Source: Chthoniobacterales bacterium (GTDB lineage Bacteria; Verrucomicrobiota; Verrucomicrobiia; Chthoniobacterales; UBA10450). Taken from it: a stretch of DNA of 33,577 nucleotides. Position 1 is the first letter of the stretch. Each line of letters opens with the position of its first letter. Where the stretch lies: positions 1-33,577 of the forward strand of contig DATELT010000204.1 of NCBI GenBank assembly GCA_035276245.1. Reading direction: 5' to 3'. The notes beneath the pieces are model-generated. The model was not told the origin of the DNA. It ran no database searches and saw only the letters and a program-made list of their open reading frames with translations. A program made the translations under genes and the position numbers. This document shows, one piece after another, positions 8,267 to 16,918 of the stretch.

Positions 8267-9192
8267 AATTTCGCTTCCGCTGCAATTCTGATGTACGGCG
8301 CCGGATCAGTCCGCTTGGACTGATTGACCCGGAAGAAATCGAAATTGCGCTGAATTGTAGCGCCTGCGCCTACACTGATCTTAAACGGTTTAAAACCCGA
8401 ATACCCGACCTGCAAACCGGCGCGATACTCACTGTATTGAACCACAGCGTCGTCTAGTTGCAGTTTCCGCTCCGTTGTGTGCACTTGATCTGTGCGAGCT
8501 CCGAGAAAGTTGAGTTCCCCAATTGCCCGTATGTCCCAGTCGTCATTTGGCTGATACACCAGCGCAGGCTTTGGAAATACAGCCTGCAAGCGCAGTTTGT
8601 CGTTAATCAGCCAGGTAATGCCACCACCCGGGGCGACAACTGGATCCTGGAATTGGCCCCAGCCGAAACCGACCGTAGCGAAGATTCTGTCCTTCTTCAA
8701 CGGGAAGCTCACGTAAGCTCTGCCGGGTAAATCGAAAGCGTTCCCGCTGATGTGATCTTGGAAGTAAACTCCAGGCTCCAGCTCGATACCTGCGCCTGGA
8801 TGATCTTCCACCACGTACTCCAGCGCCAGATGTCCATACAGTCCTTGCAGATGATCAGGCAGGCCATTGCCGGTGCCGCCAAAATCATAGCGCTCGTATT
8901 CGACGCCAGCTCGAAAGTACCATTTCCCAGTGATCAAAAATCGATGGTCGTAGCTGAAGTCGTCGTAAAGCGAATCGCCATGCCCCAGCTTTGATTCCTC
9001 AAAATCGCTCTGGAACGTGTACGTCGTCTCGTAGCTAAAAAGATCGTGTGAATTCTCCGACCCGGGTGTGGCAGCCGGCTGGATTGCCGGTTCGGGGCCG
9101 GCGAAGACACCACCGATTCCGGCCATGGTCAGCATTGTTAAAGTGAAAACGGCTGGTATTCTCAAAACTTTTTCAAGCAGGATTTTCTTCAC
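8263..9192 (-). CDS. Putative outer-membrane beta-barrel protein (paralog B), unknown function
   Basis: ORF 8263..9297. I prefer the GTG at 9192, which gives VKKILLEKVLRIPAVFTLTMLTMAGIGGVFA/GPEP as a signal-like leader. It ends ...AAEAKF and shares ordered motifs with ORF 2997..3872. Confidence 0.55.
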   Translation of the reverse strand: MKKILLEKVLRIPAVFTLTMLTMAGIGGVFAGPEPAIQPAATPGSENSHDLFSYETTYTFQSDFEESKLGHGDSLYDDFSYDHRFLITGKWYFRAGVEYERYDFGGTGNGLPDHLQGLYGHLALEYVVEDHPGAGIELEPGVYFQDHISGNAFDLPGRAYVSFPLKKDRIFATVGFGWGQFQDPVVAPGGGITWLINDKLRLQAVFPKPALVYQPNDDWDIRAIGELNFLGARTDQVHTTERKLQLDDAVVQYSEYRAGLQVGYSGFKPFKISVGAGATIQRNFDFFRVNQSKRTDPAPYIRIAAEAKF

Positions 9193-9644
9193 GGTGATTA
9201 CGGTTATGAAGTAGATCGCACGTGCGGGCCGTTGTTGATGTATCGGATTGCGCCTTATTCGGCAAGTGATGATTACACAAAAGACGATTTCAGGCACTTG
9301 TCGTCCAGGAACTATCTGCCAGAATGCTTTGCACCGGATACTGGACTCTGGATTCTTGGTGCTGAATTAGTTTGCCGGCTGCGCCGCCCATCTTCGATAT
9401 CGGTCATAGGCCGACTGGCATTTTCGGATCGGCCGATCCACCATATTTTGCATCCCGGAATCAAGTCAGAGGGAAGCGAGCTGAAATCTCTAACGTGTGG
9501 TCCTAGCGAACCTTTCTTCTGGGGGCGTTCTCGTATTCGGGGAGGCACGTGCGCTCCCCGAACAAGATCGGGAAAGCGGCCGTCCCTTGTTTTCGCTAGT
9601 TGCGACCAAGGTGGACTGTGTTCACGGTCATTCCTCGATCGAAC

Positions 9645-10649
9645 ATGAAAACCGGCGGCAAACTTAAACTCACATTTTTCTTGCTCGGTTTCGCGGGCGC
9701 CGCGCTCTTCACTGTTCTGCTCATTCGCCAAGGGGTGATGTCGGTCGGCACCGCAGTCGCGACCGCCGGCTGGGCCGTAGTCGCGATCGCCGCGTTTCAT
9801 TTCATCCCGATTTTTCTCGATGCCACTGCCTGGTATGTCCTTTTTCCAAAGGTAGTTCGCCCGCGTCTGCAAAGTTTGTTCTGGATGCGTTGGATCGGTG
9901 AATCGATCAGCAATCTGGTTCCTTCGGCTGCGGTTGGCGGCGATATTGTCCGTGCGCGCCTCGCCACCATTACCGGCACCCCAATGGCAGCGGCCGCGGC
10001 CAGTGTGATCGTTGATGTCACATTGGGGGTTGTTGTCCAAATTGCGTTCACCCTCCTCGGTCTTGTCCTCCTGGTCCACGCCACTGGGCGAAGCAGTCTG
10101 GTCGGTCCAACATTGATCGGAGCTGTTCTGGGAGTTCTTGCCATTGCCGGCTTCTACGTCGCCCAACGACTCGGCATGTTTCGTTTTGTCAGCGTGATTA
10201 TTACCCGCCTGGTAAAATCGAAGGAGTGGAGCTCGCTCGTTCAAAGTGGTGAGACGCTGGACCAAACCGTGCGCGAAATTTATGGGCGGCGGCGCGGCGT
10301 TATCGCCTGTTGTATTGTGACGATAGCGTCGCTCATTGGTAGCTCCGGCGAGATCTATATCGCGTTAGCTGCGGTTGGCCTGCACCCGACCTTCTGGAAT
10401 GCGGTCATTCTCCAGAGCATGGCGATGACGGTGAAATCGGCGGCTTTTCCTGTTCCCGGCCAGCTTGGGGTGCAGGAAAGCGGTTACCTCGTGATCGGCA
10501 ATCTTCTTGGTATCCCGGGCGAAACCGCCTTCGCCATTTCCCTTTTGGCGCGCTTCCGCGATTTGCTCGTCGGCATTCCAGCTCTCCTTCTCTGGCAGAT
10601 AATCGAAGGCCGCCGTTTGTTGCGCGCCGAACCGGTCGCTGGCGAGTGA
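9645..10649 (+). CDS. Lysylphosphatidylglycerol-synthase-TM-domain (UPF0104 / HpnL-like) membrane protein
   Basis: Start at ATG 9645 (MKTGGKLKLTFFLLG...). There are 8 or more TMs, and the characteristic WR(W/Y)IGE.ISNLVP...GGD.VRA segment is present (WMRWIGESISNLVPSAAVGGDIVRARL). Confidence 0.75.
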   Translation: MKTGGKLKLTFFLLGFAGAALFTVLLIRQGVMSVGTAVATAGWAVVAIAAFHFIPIFLDATAWYVLFPKVVRPRLQSLFWMRWIGESISNLVPSAAVGGDIVRARLATITGTPMAAAAASVIVDVTLGVVVQIAFTLLGLVLLVHATGRSSLVGPTLIGAVLGVLAIAGFYVAQRLGMFRFVSVIITRLVKSKEWSSLVQSGETLDQTVREIYGRRRGVIACCIVTIASLIGSSGEIYIALAAVGLHPTFWNAVILQSMAMTVKSAAFPVPGQLGVQESGYLVIGNLLGIPGETAFAISLLARFRDLLVGIPALLLWQIIEGRRLLRAEPVAGE

Positions 10650-10794
10650 TAAAGTTCCGAGCCGAACCGACACAATCCCAGTGTGTCGATGGCACGACGC
10701 AAGCCTGAAGCCTGCGTGTTAGTTTTGCGTTCGAAATAAAATTGGTTCGCACATTCCACCAAATTAACGCCAAGCCAGGGCACTCGATCGCGCA

Positions 10795-11541
10795 TCAACT
10801 GGACAACGAAATAGTTTCGCCGGGTTTCATTGCCTGAATCTGCGCCTTTGAGCCAAGTTTTTTTAATTCACCGGCCAGCATCTCGGGCGTTCCCGTCAGA
10901 ACCGGGAAGGTGCCAAAGTGAATTGGGATTACAGATTTCGCCTTTACCAATTCGACAGCTCGTGCCGCGCGCGCCGGCCCCATGGTAAAATGGCCGCCCA
11001 TGCACACGAGCATCCAATCGATAGGTCGCTCGAGCGAAACCAATGCCATGTCGGAAAACAAATCGGTGTCGCCGGTGTGATAAATCGTCGGGCCGTTTCG
11101 AATCGACAAAACAACGCCGCTGGGTGTTCCGCCATAGATTGGCGGCGATTTTTCATTTGGCATAATCGCCGTGCCATGCCACGCGGGAACAAAACGGGCG
11201 GTAATTTCGCCATTGAGCACATTGATCTCGCCACCGAGATGCCCTACGAGCGAAGAATCGTCCCCTGGAAAGCCGAGCCCATTTCGTAAGGCGACTGCAA
11301 GATCAAACGTGCAGAGAAGTTTTGGTTTCGTTTTCTTGGCGATTTCCACTGAATCGCCGACGTGATCGAAGTGCCCGTGGGTGAGGCAGATTACATCCGC
11401 GCGATCTAGTTTCTTCAGTTCCTCTTCGCCTTTTTTGAACAAGGGATTTTTCAGCCACGGATCGATCAGCAAGGTCTTCCCGGAGGGCGTTTGAAGTTTG
11501 AATCCAGCATGACCGAAATAGGTGAGGTGAGTGGTTGCCAT
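10795..11541 (-). CDS. UPF0173-type metal-dependent hydrolase (MBL fold)
   Basis: The 248-aa ORF begins ...HLTYFGHAGFKLQTPSGKTLLIDPW and has the THGHFDHVGD metal motif. Length and layout are typical of the UPF0173 family. Confidence 0.85.
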   Translation of the reverse strand: MATTHLTYFGHAGFKLQTPSGKTLLIDPWLKNPLFKKGEEELKKLDRADVICLTHGHFDHVGDSVEIAKKTKPKLLCTFDLAVALRNGLGFPGDDSSLVGHLGGEINVLNGEITARFVPAWHGTAIMPNEKSPPIYGGTPSGVVLSIRNGPTIYHTGDTDLFSDMALVSLERPIDWMLVCMGGHFTMGPARAARAVELVKAKSVIPIHFGTFPVLTGTPEMLAGELKKLGSKAQIQAMKPGETISLSS

Positions 11542-11603
11542 GCTGAGGACGAAATCGAAAACGGATTACCGGGCAAGCACGAATGGCGATGGGACAATTT
11601 CAA

Positions 11604-11736
11604 TGACGAATGATGACAATCGCAGGTTAAAAAGGTTAAAAGCGTTACAAAGTTAAAAAAGAGGGATGCCGTTTTAACCGTTTAACCTTTGTAACGATTC
11701 AACTTTCTTTACGATTCGTCATTCGTGCTTCGTCAT
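11604..11736. repeat. Composite palindromic extragenic element (outer TGACGAATGA/TCATTCGTCA arms, inner GGTTAAA/GTTACAA-word core with a GTTAAAA...TTTTAAC hairpin)
   Basis: tgacgaatgatgaca at 11604-11618. The core at 11625-11696 is ggttaaaaaggttaaaagcgttacaaagttaaaaaagagggatgccgttttaaccgtttaacctttgtaacg. acgattcgtcattcgtgcttcgtcat at 11711-11736. The core recurs at 12369-12444 and the arms at 14528-14603. Confidence 0.75.
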
Positions 11737-11744
11737 TTTAGTAT

Positions 11745-12374
11745 GTGCGCATGAATCATGACGAAGCGCATCGCCACCTTTCCGCAAGCGATAGACGCTT
11801 GGCATACTTGATCTCGCATTCCCGTCGTTACGAAATTGAGCCAAATCCGAAGGTAAGAACATTTGACGCACTGGCCGAATCGATCGCTTACCAGCAACTG
11901 AGCGGTAAAGCGGCTGCCACCATTTGGAAGCGGGTGCGCGCAATTTTTCCCAAACGAAAATTTCTCGACCCCAAGTTGGTGCTGAAAACGCCGGATGAAA
12001 CATTGCGCGCGGCCGGTTTGTCGCGGAGTAAAGTCGTAGCTCTGAAAGATCTGGCGGCGAAAACGATCGACGGCACGGTGCCGACGGCGCGGGCGATGGC
12101 CAAAATGACCGACGACGAGATTGTCGAGCGGTTGATTCAGGTGCGCGGGATTGGGCGTTGGACGGTAGAAATGTTGTTGCTCTTCGATCTGGGGCGTCCA
12201 GATGTCTGGCCGGTACACGATTATGGGGTGCGCAAAGGATTCGCGAAAATTTTCGGAAAACGAAAATTGCCGACGCCGAAGCAGATGGCGAAACACGGAA
12301 AGCGATTTGCGCCATATCGCTCTGCGCTGGCGTGGTACTGCTGGAGAGCGCTGGAGGAGGCGGGGAAAAGTTAA
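11745..12374 (+). CDS. DNA-3-methyladenine glycosylase II (AlkA-like, HhH-GPD superfamily)
   Basis: 209 aa from GTG 11745, or from ATG 11751. The helix-hairpin-helix segment LIQVRGIGRWTVEMLLLF is followed by the catalytic-Asp context PDVWPVHDYGVRKG. Confidence 0.8.
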   Translation: MRMNHDEAHRHLSASDRRLAYLISHSRRYEIEPNPKVRTFDALAESIAYQQLSGKAAATIWKRVRAIFPKRKFLDPKLVLKTPDETLRAAGLSRSKVVALKDLAAKTIDGTVPTARAMAKMTDDEIVERLIQVRGIGRWTVEMLLLFDLGRPDVWPVHDYGVRKGFAKIFGKRKLPTPKQMAKHGKRFAPYRSALAWYCWRALEEAGKS

Positions 12375-12444
12375 AGGGTTAAAAATGTTACAAGGTTAAA
12401 CAGGGCGGCCGTTTTAACGATTTACCGCCTTTAACAATTTAACG
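12369..12444. repeat. Second copy of the GGTTAAA/GTTACAA-word element
   Basis: agttaaagggttaaaaatgttacaaggttaaacagggcggccgttttaacgatttaccgcctttaacaatttaacg aligns with 11625-11696 in the same orientation. It overlaps the glycosylase stop codon at 12372-12374. Confidence 0.7.
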
Positions 12445-12505
12445 TCGCGGCGAAGTCACACTTCAACGCTTGCTACCAGCGCCGCTACGACGTAAAACGC
12501 CGGAC

Positions 12506-13384
12506 ATGGCTACATTTCACATCAATCGCAGCGGTACGAGCCTCGGCACGTTTTCGGAAGATGATGTTCGGGCTGGACTTCGGAGCGGACGTTTCTTCGG
12601 GACTGATCTCGGCTGGCGTGACGGCATGGCGACGTGGCAACCGCTGGCACAAATTTCCGAATTCGCGCAAGACATCCCAGCAACGGGCGCCCCGGTTCCG
12701 CCGCCACAGGCCGCGAGTCCTGGATCAGCTCCTCCCGTCACAGTGGCGAGCGCGCGCACCGGTTTGCCGTGGGATGACCGGCAGCAAAAAGGATTTTTCA
12801 CTGCTTTTATCGAAACGCTGCAAATGGTTCTGACCCGACCAGCGGAAGCCTTCACCGTTATGAAACGCGAAGGCGGCCTGGGCGAGCCGCTCCTTTATGG
12901 AGTCGTTGGCGGAAGCGTGGGCGCGATCGTGGCATTCTTGTTTTCAATTCTCTTTCGCTCGTTCGGAATGTTTGCGGACCAGCGAAATCCGTTCAACGCG
13001 ATGGCCGGCATGGGTATTGGTTCAATCGGGTTTCTCATCCTTGCTCCGCTGGGGATCGTCATCGTCTTGTTTATTGGCGCTGCCGTTGTTCATCTGTGTT
13101 TGATGATTGTCGGAGGAGCGAACCAACCGTTTGAAACGACGTTTCGCGTCCTGGCCTTTACTCAAGGATCAACCGGCGTACTGCAATTGATTCCGGTTTG
13201 TGGCGGACTGATCGCGTCGGTGTGGGGAATCGTGGTGAATTGCATTGGCCTGGCGCGCGCCCACGAAACCGATACCGGCCGCGCCGTGCTGGCGGTCCTC
13301 CTTCCGGTGATTGTTTGCTGCGGTGGCGCAGTTGTGCTCGGCATTATGCTGGGGTTCGGCGCTTTCGGATTGCCGCACCATTAA
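12506..13384 (+). CDS. GYF_2 (DUF4339) domain plus Yip1-like multi-TM membrane protein
   Basis: Start at ATG 12506. The N-terminus MATFHINRSGTSLGTFSEDDVRAGLRSGRFFGTDLGWRDGMATWQPL follows the GYF_2 pattern. A Pro-rich linker is followed by 5 TMs with a Yip1-type layout. Confidence 0.7.
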   Translation: MATFHINRSGTSLGTFSEDDVRAGLRSGRFFGTDLGWRDGMATWQPLAQISEFAQDIPATGAPVPPPQAASPGSAPPVTVASARTGLPWDDRQQKGFFTAFIETLQMVLTRPAEAFTVMKREGGLGEPLLYGVVGGSVGAIVAFLFSILFRSFGMFADQRNPFNAMAGMGIGSIGFLILAPLGIVIVLFIGAAVVHLCLMIVGGANQPFETTFRVLAFTQGSTGVLQLIPVCGGLIASVWGIVVNCIGLARAHETDTGRAVLAVLLPVIVCCGGAVVLGIMLGFGAFGLPHH

Positions 13385-13396
13385 CTAGCGAGATTT

Positions 13397-13819
13397 ATGC
13401 AGCTTGTACGTCGGCCACTCGCCCCCGGCGAGCCGAATCATGAACTCATCTGGCTCAGTGTTTCTTCAGGCGGACTGGCGCTGGCGGCAACGTGGCTGGC
13501 CTTAAGATTGCCGTGGCCGATCTGTCTCTTTCATGCGCTCACCGGCCATCCTTGCCTCACTTGTGGTGCAACCCGATCGGCGATTGCATTTTTTCATGGG
13601 CATTTGCTAACCGCATTGCAATGGAATCCTCTCGCATTCCTTTGTTACTGCGCGCTTTCGTTGTTCAATGCCTACGCGCTTGCGACTGTCGTCATGCGCA
13701 CGCCGCGTCTGCGCGTCGCGCACGTAACCCCCGGCGAGAGGAAATTTGTTCGCGGCTCTGCTATCGCGCTGCTGGCATTGAATTGGGCCTACCTGCTGCT
13801 GGCAAATCCAACTCTCTGA
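13397..13819 (+). CDS. DUF2752 family membrane protein
   Basis: The 140-aa ORF has the family hallmark C.F...TG.PC..CG.TRS (CLFHALTGHPCLTCGATRS) and hydrophobic helices. Confidence 0.7.
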   Translation: MQLVRRPLAPGEPNHELIWLSVSSGGLALAATWLALRLPWPICLFHALTGHPCLTCGATRSAIAFFHGHLLTALQWNPLAFLCYCALSLFNAYALATVVMRTPRLRVAHVTPGERKFVRGSAIALLALNWAYLLLANPTL

Positions 13820-13832
13820 ATTAGGAGTCCGG

Positions 13833-14510
13833 TCACGGAGTCGCTTCAGTTGGCGATGTCGGTTTTGTCCGCCCCACATCATCCTCTGGCGCCCCGCGAT
13901 GTTTGGCGATGAATTCGGTGGGATTTAGCCAGCCGGCCGTATTCTCCCGATAGCCTGGTCCGATGAATGGCGTAATGAACTGGCGCATTTCAAAATGCAG
14001 ATGAGCGAAATATTGGCCGCCGGCAGTTCCAACGGTCGCGATTTTCTGGCCACGGTGCACCTCGTCGCCCGCGTGAACCAATATTTCCTGACAATGGCCG
14101 TAATAGGATTGGACGTAACGGCGCGTGCCGTTTTCCTCGATCGCGTGTAAAACAATGATAACGTTGCCCCAGCCCGGCCCGCCATCGCGCGCTAGCAAAA
14201 CGCGGCCATCCGCCACGGCATAAATCGGATCACCAAGATCGGAATTTTCACCCCCGATACCGTTAAGGTCATCGCCGAGATGATGATTTTCAGTGAAATG
14301 CTGGGCGTTATACGTGAGGGCACCGTGCTCGCTACCGAGGGGGAAATCAAAGCGCGTCGCCACCGGAAGCGACGCGAGTTCGAAGGGCGAAGGAAGTTGA
14401 AAGGCCGGGTCGAGATGGGTGGGTCGAGTGAGCTCGGGCATGAGGCGCCAGATCAATGCTGCAAGTGCGCCGAGAACAAATAAGGCCAGGCAAAGGGCGA
14501 GCCGTTTCAT
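13833..14510 (-). CDS. M23 family metallopeptidase (LytM-like)
   Basis: Signal or anchor MKRLALCLALFVLGALAAL; HxxxD context HHLGDDLNG; PIYAVADGRV; HLHFE motif. Confidence 0.85.
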   Translation of the reverse strand: MKRLALCLALFVLGALAALIWRLMPELTRPTHLDPAFQLPSPFELASLPVATRFDFPLGSEHGALTYNAQHFTENHHLGDDLNGIGGENSDLGDPIYAVADGRVLLARDGGPGWGNVIIVLHAIEENGTRRYVQSYYGHCQEILVHAGDEVHRGQKIATVGTAGGQYFAHLHFEMRQFITPFIGPGYRENTAGWLNPTEFIAKHRGAPEDDVGRTKPTSPTEATP

Positions 14511-14527
14511 GTTAAGCGTTCGCTAGG

Positions 14528-14603
14528 TGACGAAGCACGAATGACGAATGACAAAGTAAGAGAGAGAGCCACCGCGCAAGCATTCGTCATTAAGGGTTCG
14601 TCA
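14528..14603. repeat. Palindromic element with GACGAAGCACGAATGACGAATGAC arms
   Basis: The left arm 14528-14553 is the reverse complement of 11714-11736 (gattcgtcattcgtgcttcgtca). The right arm 14581-14603 is cattcgtcattaagggttcgtca. It lies in the divergent spacer between the M23 peptidase and epimerase genes. Confidence 0.7.
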
Positions 14604-14653
14604 TTTATGCGGCTTCGGTTGGCAAGCGCCGCCTACGAAACTAAGCTCGCCTC

Positions 14654-15601
14654 GTGCGCATTCTCGTTACCGGTGGCGCTGGATTTATCGGTTCGCATTT
14701 GGTCGAAAAACTACTCGCTCTCGGGCATGGCGTCGCGGTTCTCGATGATTTCAACGATTTTTATGATCCGCGAATCAAACATGGCAACATCGCCGCCGTG
14801 AAAAATGATGTGCCGGTTTTTCAAATGGATCTGCGCGATAACAATGCCGTGCGTAGTCTGTTTCATCGGGAGAAATTCGATGCCGTCGCGCATTTGGCGG
14901 CGCGTGCCGGGGTACGTCCATCCATTGCCCAGCCGCAGCTTTATTATGATGCCAACGTAAACGGGACACTTCATTTGCTCGACGCGGCCCGCACGGCCGA
15001 AATCGAGCGTTTCATTTTTGCCTCGAGTTCGTCGGTCTACGGAATCTGTAAGGACGTTCCATTTTCAGAGGATTTTCACCTTACCCAAACCATCAGTCCG
15101 TACGCCGCCACCAAAATTGCTGGCGAATTTCTTTGCTCGACATTCTCACACCTCTACCAGATGCGGGCGGTGGCGCTGCGTTTTTTTACGGTTTACGGAG
15201 CGCGGCAACGTCCCGATCTGGCGATCCATCAATTCACTCGTAGGATTTTAGCCGGCCAGGCCATCGATCAATTCGGCGATGGCACGACTCGGCGCGATTA
15301 CACTTACATTGACGACATTATTCAAGGCGTGATTGCAGCGCTGAATTACGACGGCGCGAGGTGGGACATTTTTAATCTCGGGGAAAGCGAAACCGTGCCA
15401 TTGAAGGATCTGATCGAAGCGGTCGAAACTGCGGTTGGAAAAAAGGCAAAGATCAACCGGTTGCCGGAACAGCCGGGTGACGTGCCGCTGACGTGCGCCG
15501 ATATTTCGAAAGCTCGTCGGCTCCTTGGTTACAATCCAGCCACGAAATTGCGCGACGGTTTGCCGAAGTTCGTTGAATGGTTTCGGGCCCAGCAACAATG
15601 A
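14654..15601 (+). CDS. NAD-dependent nucleotide-sugar epimerase (extended SDR, UDP-glucuronate 4-epimerase-like)
   Basis: GTG start at 14654. Motifs: TGGAGFIGSH Rossmann, catalytic YAATK, and GDGTTRRDYTYIDDII, which is typical of this subfamily. Confidence 0.9.
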   Translation: MRILVTGGAGFIGSHLVEKLLALGHGVAVLDDFNDFYDPRIKHGNIAAVKNDVPVFQMDLRDNNAVRSLFHREKFDAVAHLAARAGVRPSIAQPQLYYDANVNGTLHLLDAARTAEIERFIFASSSSVYGICKDVPFSEDFHLTQTISPYAATKIAGEFLCSTFSHLYQMRAVALRFFTVYGARQRPDLAIHQFTRRILAGQAIDQFGDGTTRRDYTYIDDIIQGVIAALNYDGARWDIFNLGESETVPLKDLIEAVETAVGKKAKINRLPEQPGDVPLTCADISKARRLLGYNPATKLRDGLPKFVEWFRAQQQ

Positions 15602-16611
15602 ACCTGCCATTTGCGCAGCGCGCCTGTTTTGCCGCGGGCCAGGCCAAATCGGGGACAACCCTGCTCATCGCTCTGCTCGACGGGCATCGGCAGCTGCTCG
15701 TGTTACCCGAGGAAACTGCCTATTTCCCGACCGCTCTTAATAAGTACGAGAAATTCGGCCGCCGGGCACAGGTTGATTATTTGACCAAAGAAGCCCTATC
15801 CCGCGTTCTTTTCGGCGGACCGCCGGAGTGGGAAAAAGCGGATTACGGCCATTTTCCGACAGGCCAGTTCCGCGAACGCTTCGAAGCTGCTGCGTTCGAC
15901 CCGAATAATTCAGACAAGGATTTGCTGGTATTGCTGATGGAGACGTATGCGGAGATTCTAGGGATTCCGCTCGACTTGATTGTGCGGTGGGTGGAAAAAA
16001 CGCCAGCTAATCGCCGTTTCATTCCGCAGATTTTGGAGCGGTTTCCGCAGACAAAGTTTTTGATAACCATGCGCGATCCGCGGGCGATCCTGGCCGCGCA
16101 GATCGCTCTCGAGAAGATGCGGAAAACGCGGGAGTTTTCGGTTTACTATTGCGTCTCTCATTGGCTCCAAGCCGCCAAACTTGCCTTGCGCGCGGAACGA
16201 AAGGAACTTTCGGGCATCGTAATCCGTTACGAGGATTTGGTCGCCGACCCGGCCGCTCCGATGCAACGGGTCTGCGATTTCCTGGAAATATCGTTTGATC
16301 GCAATGTTGTCTTAACGCCGACAAAGGCGGGAAAATTCTGGGCCGGAAACTCGGCGACTGAGCGCGAATTCACCCGCGTAAGCGAGGAACGGGCAGGTAG
16401 TTGGCAAAACGAATTGTCGGTGGACGAAATTGGCTGGGTGGAATGGCATTGCCGGGAGCTGATGGCACATTTTGGCTATACTCCGCGAAGTTCGCACCGG
16501 AGGTTGTTGCACCATTGGGCGAGACCGATCCGGCAGGAACGTCCGAAGCAGTATTTTAAGTCCCGTTATTACTCAATCAGGGACAACTTGCTCGGACCGC
16601 GCAATAAGTGA
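15598..16611 (+). CDS. Sulfotransferase family protein
   Basis: The ATG at 15598 overlaps the epimerase stop (ATGA). The 5'-PSB loop is GQAKSGTTLL and a 3'-PB-like element is ITMRDPRAILAAQ. Confidence 0.8.
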   Translation: MNLPFAQRACFAAGQAKSGTTLLIALLDGHRQLLVLPEETAYFPTALNKYEKFGRRAQVDYLTKEALSRVLFGGPPEWEKADYGHFPTGQFRERFEAAAFDPNNSDKDLLVLLMETYAEILGIPLDLIVRWVEKTPANRRFIPQILERFPQTKFLITMRDPRAILAAQIALEKMRKTREFSVYYCVSHWLQAAKLALRAERKELSGIVIRYEDLVADPAAPMQRVCDFLEISFDRNVVLTPTKAGKFWAGNSATEREFTRVSEERAGSWQNELSVDEIGWVEWHCRELMAHFGYTPRSSHRRLLHHWARPIRQERPKQYFKSRYYSIRDNLLGPRNK

Positions 16612-16918
16612 GCGGGGGCTTGCAATCCCCGCCAGCCAGCCGATAGTGGAGCCGTTAACGGTGCCGGCAAGGCTTTGATCCGCCCGCATCCGACGACTCA
16701 GATTTTGGAACTTATGATGCGAAAGCTCGCATGTCCCCTGTTTCGTTGGCTGAATGTCGTGCGATTTGGATTAAGGCCAGTCTGGCAATATGAGGCGAAG
16801 TTTCCGGCAGCGGGGGCCCATCGACTTGAATGGGCCTCGCGAAGTTCGCGCGCTGCTGGCCGTGCATCCCTCGATGCGCTTCGCCCGAGTAATCATCAGA
16901 AATTCATCAAAAATAAAC

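Noticed and set aside
9312-10265. 317-aa minus-strand ORF opposite the UPF0104 membrane-protein gene
   Set aside because: It has Arg/Gly/Pro-rich low-complexity composition and no motifs, and it lies fully antisense to a gene with a clear TM pattern and family motif. This is a typical shadow ORF in GC-rich DNA.
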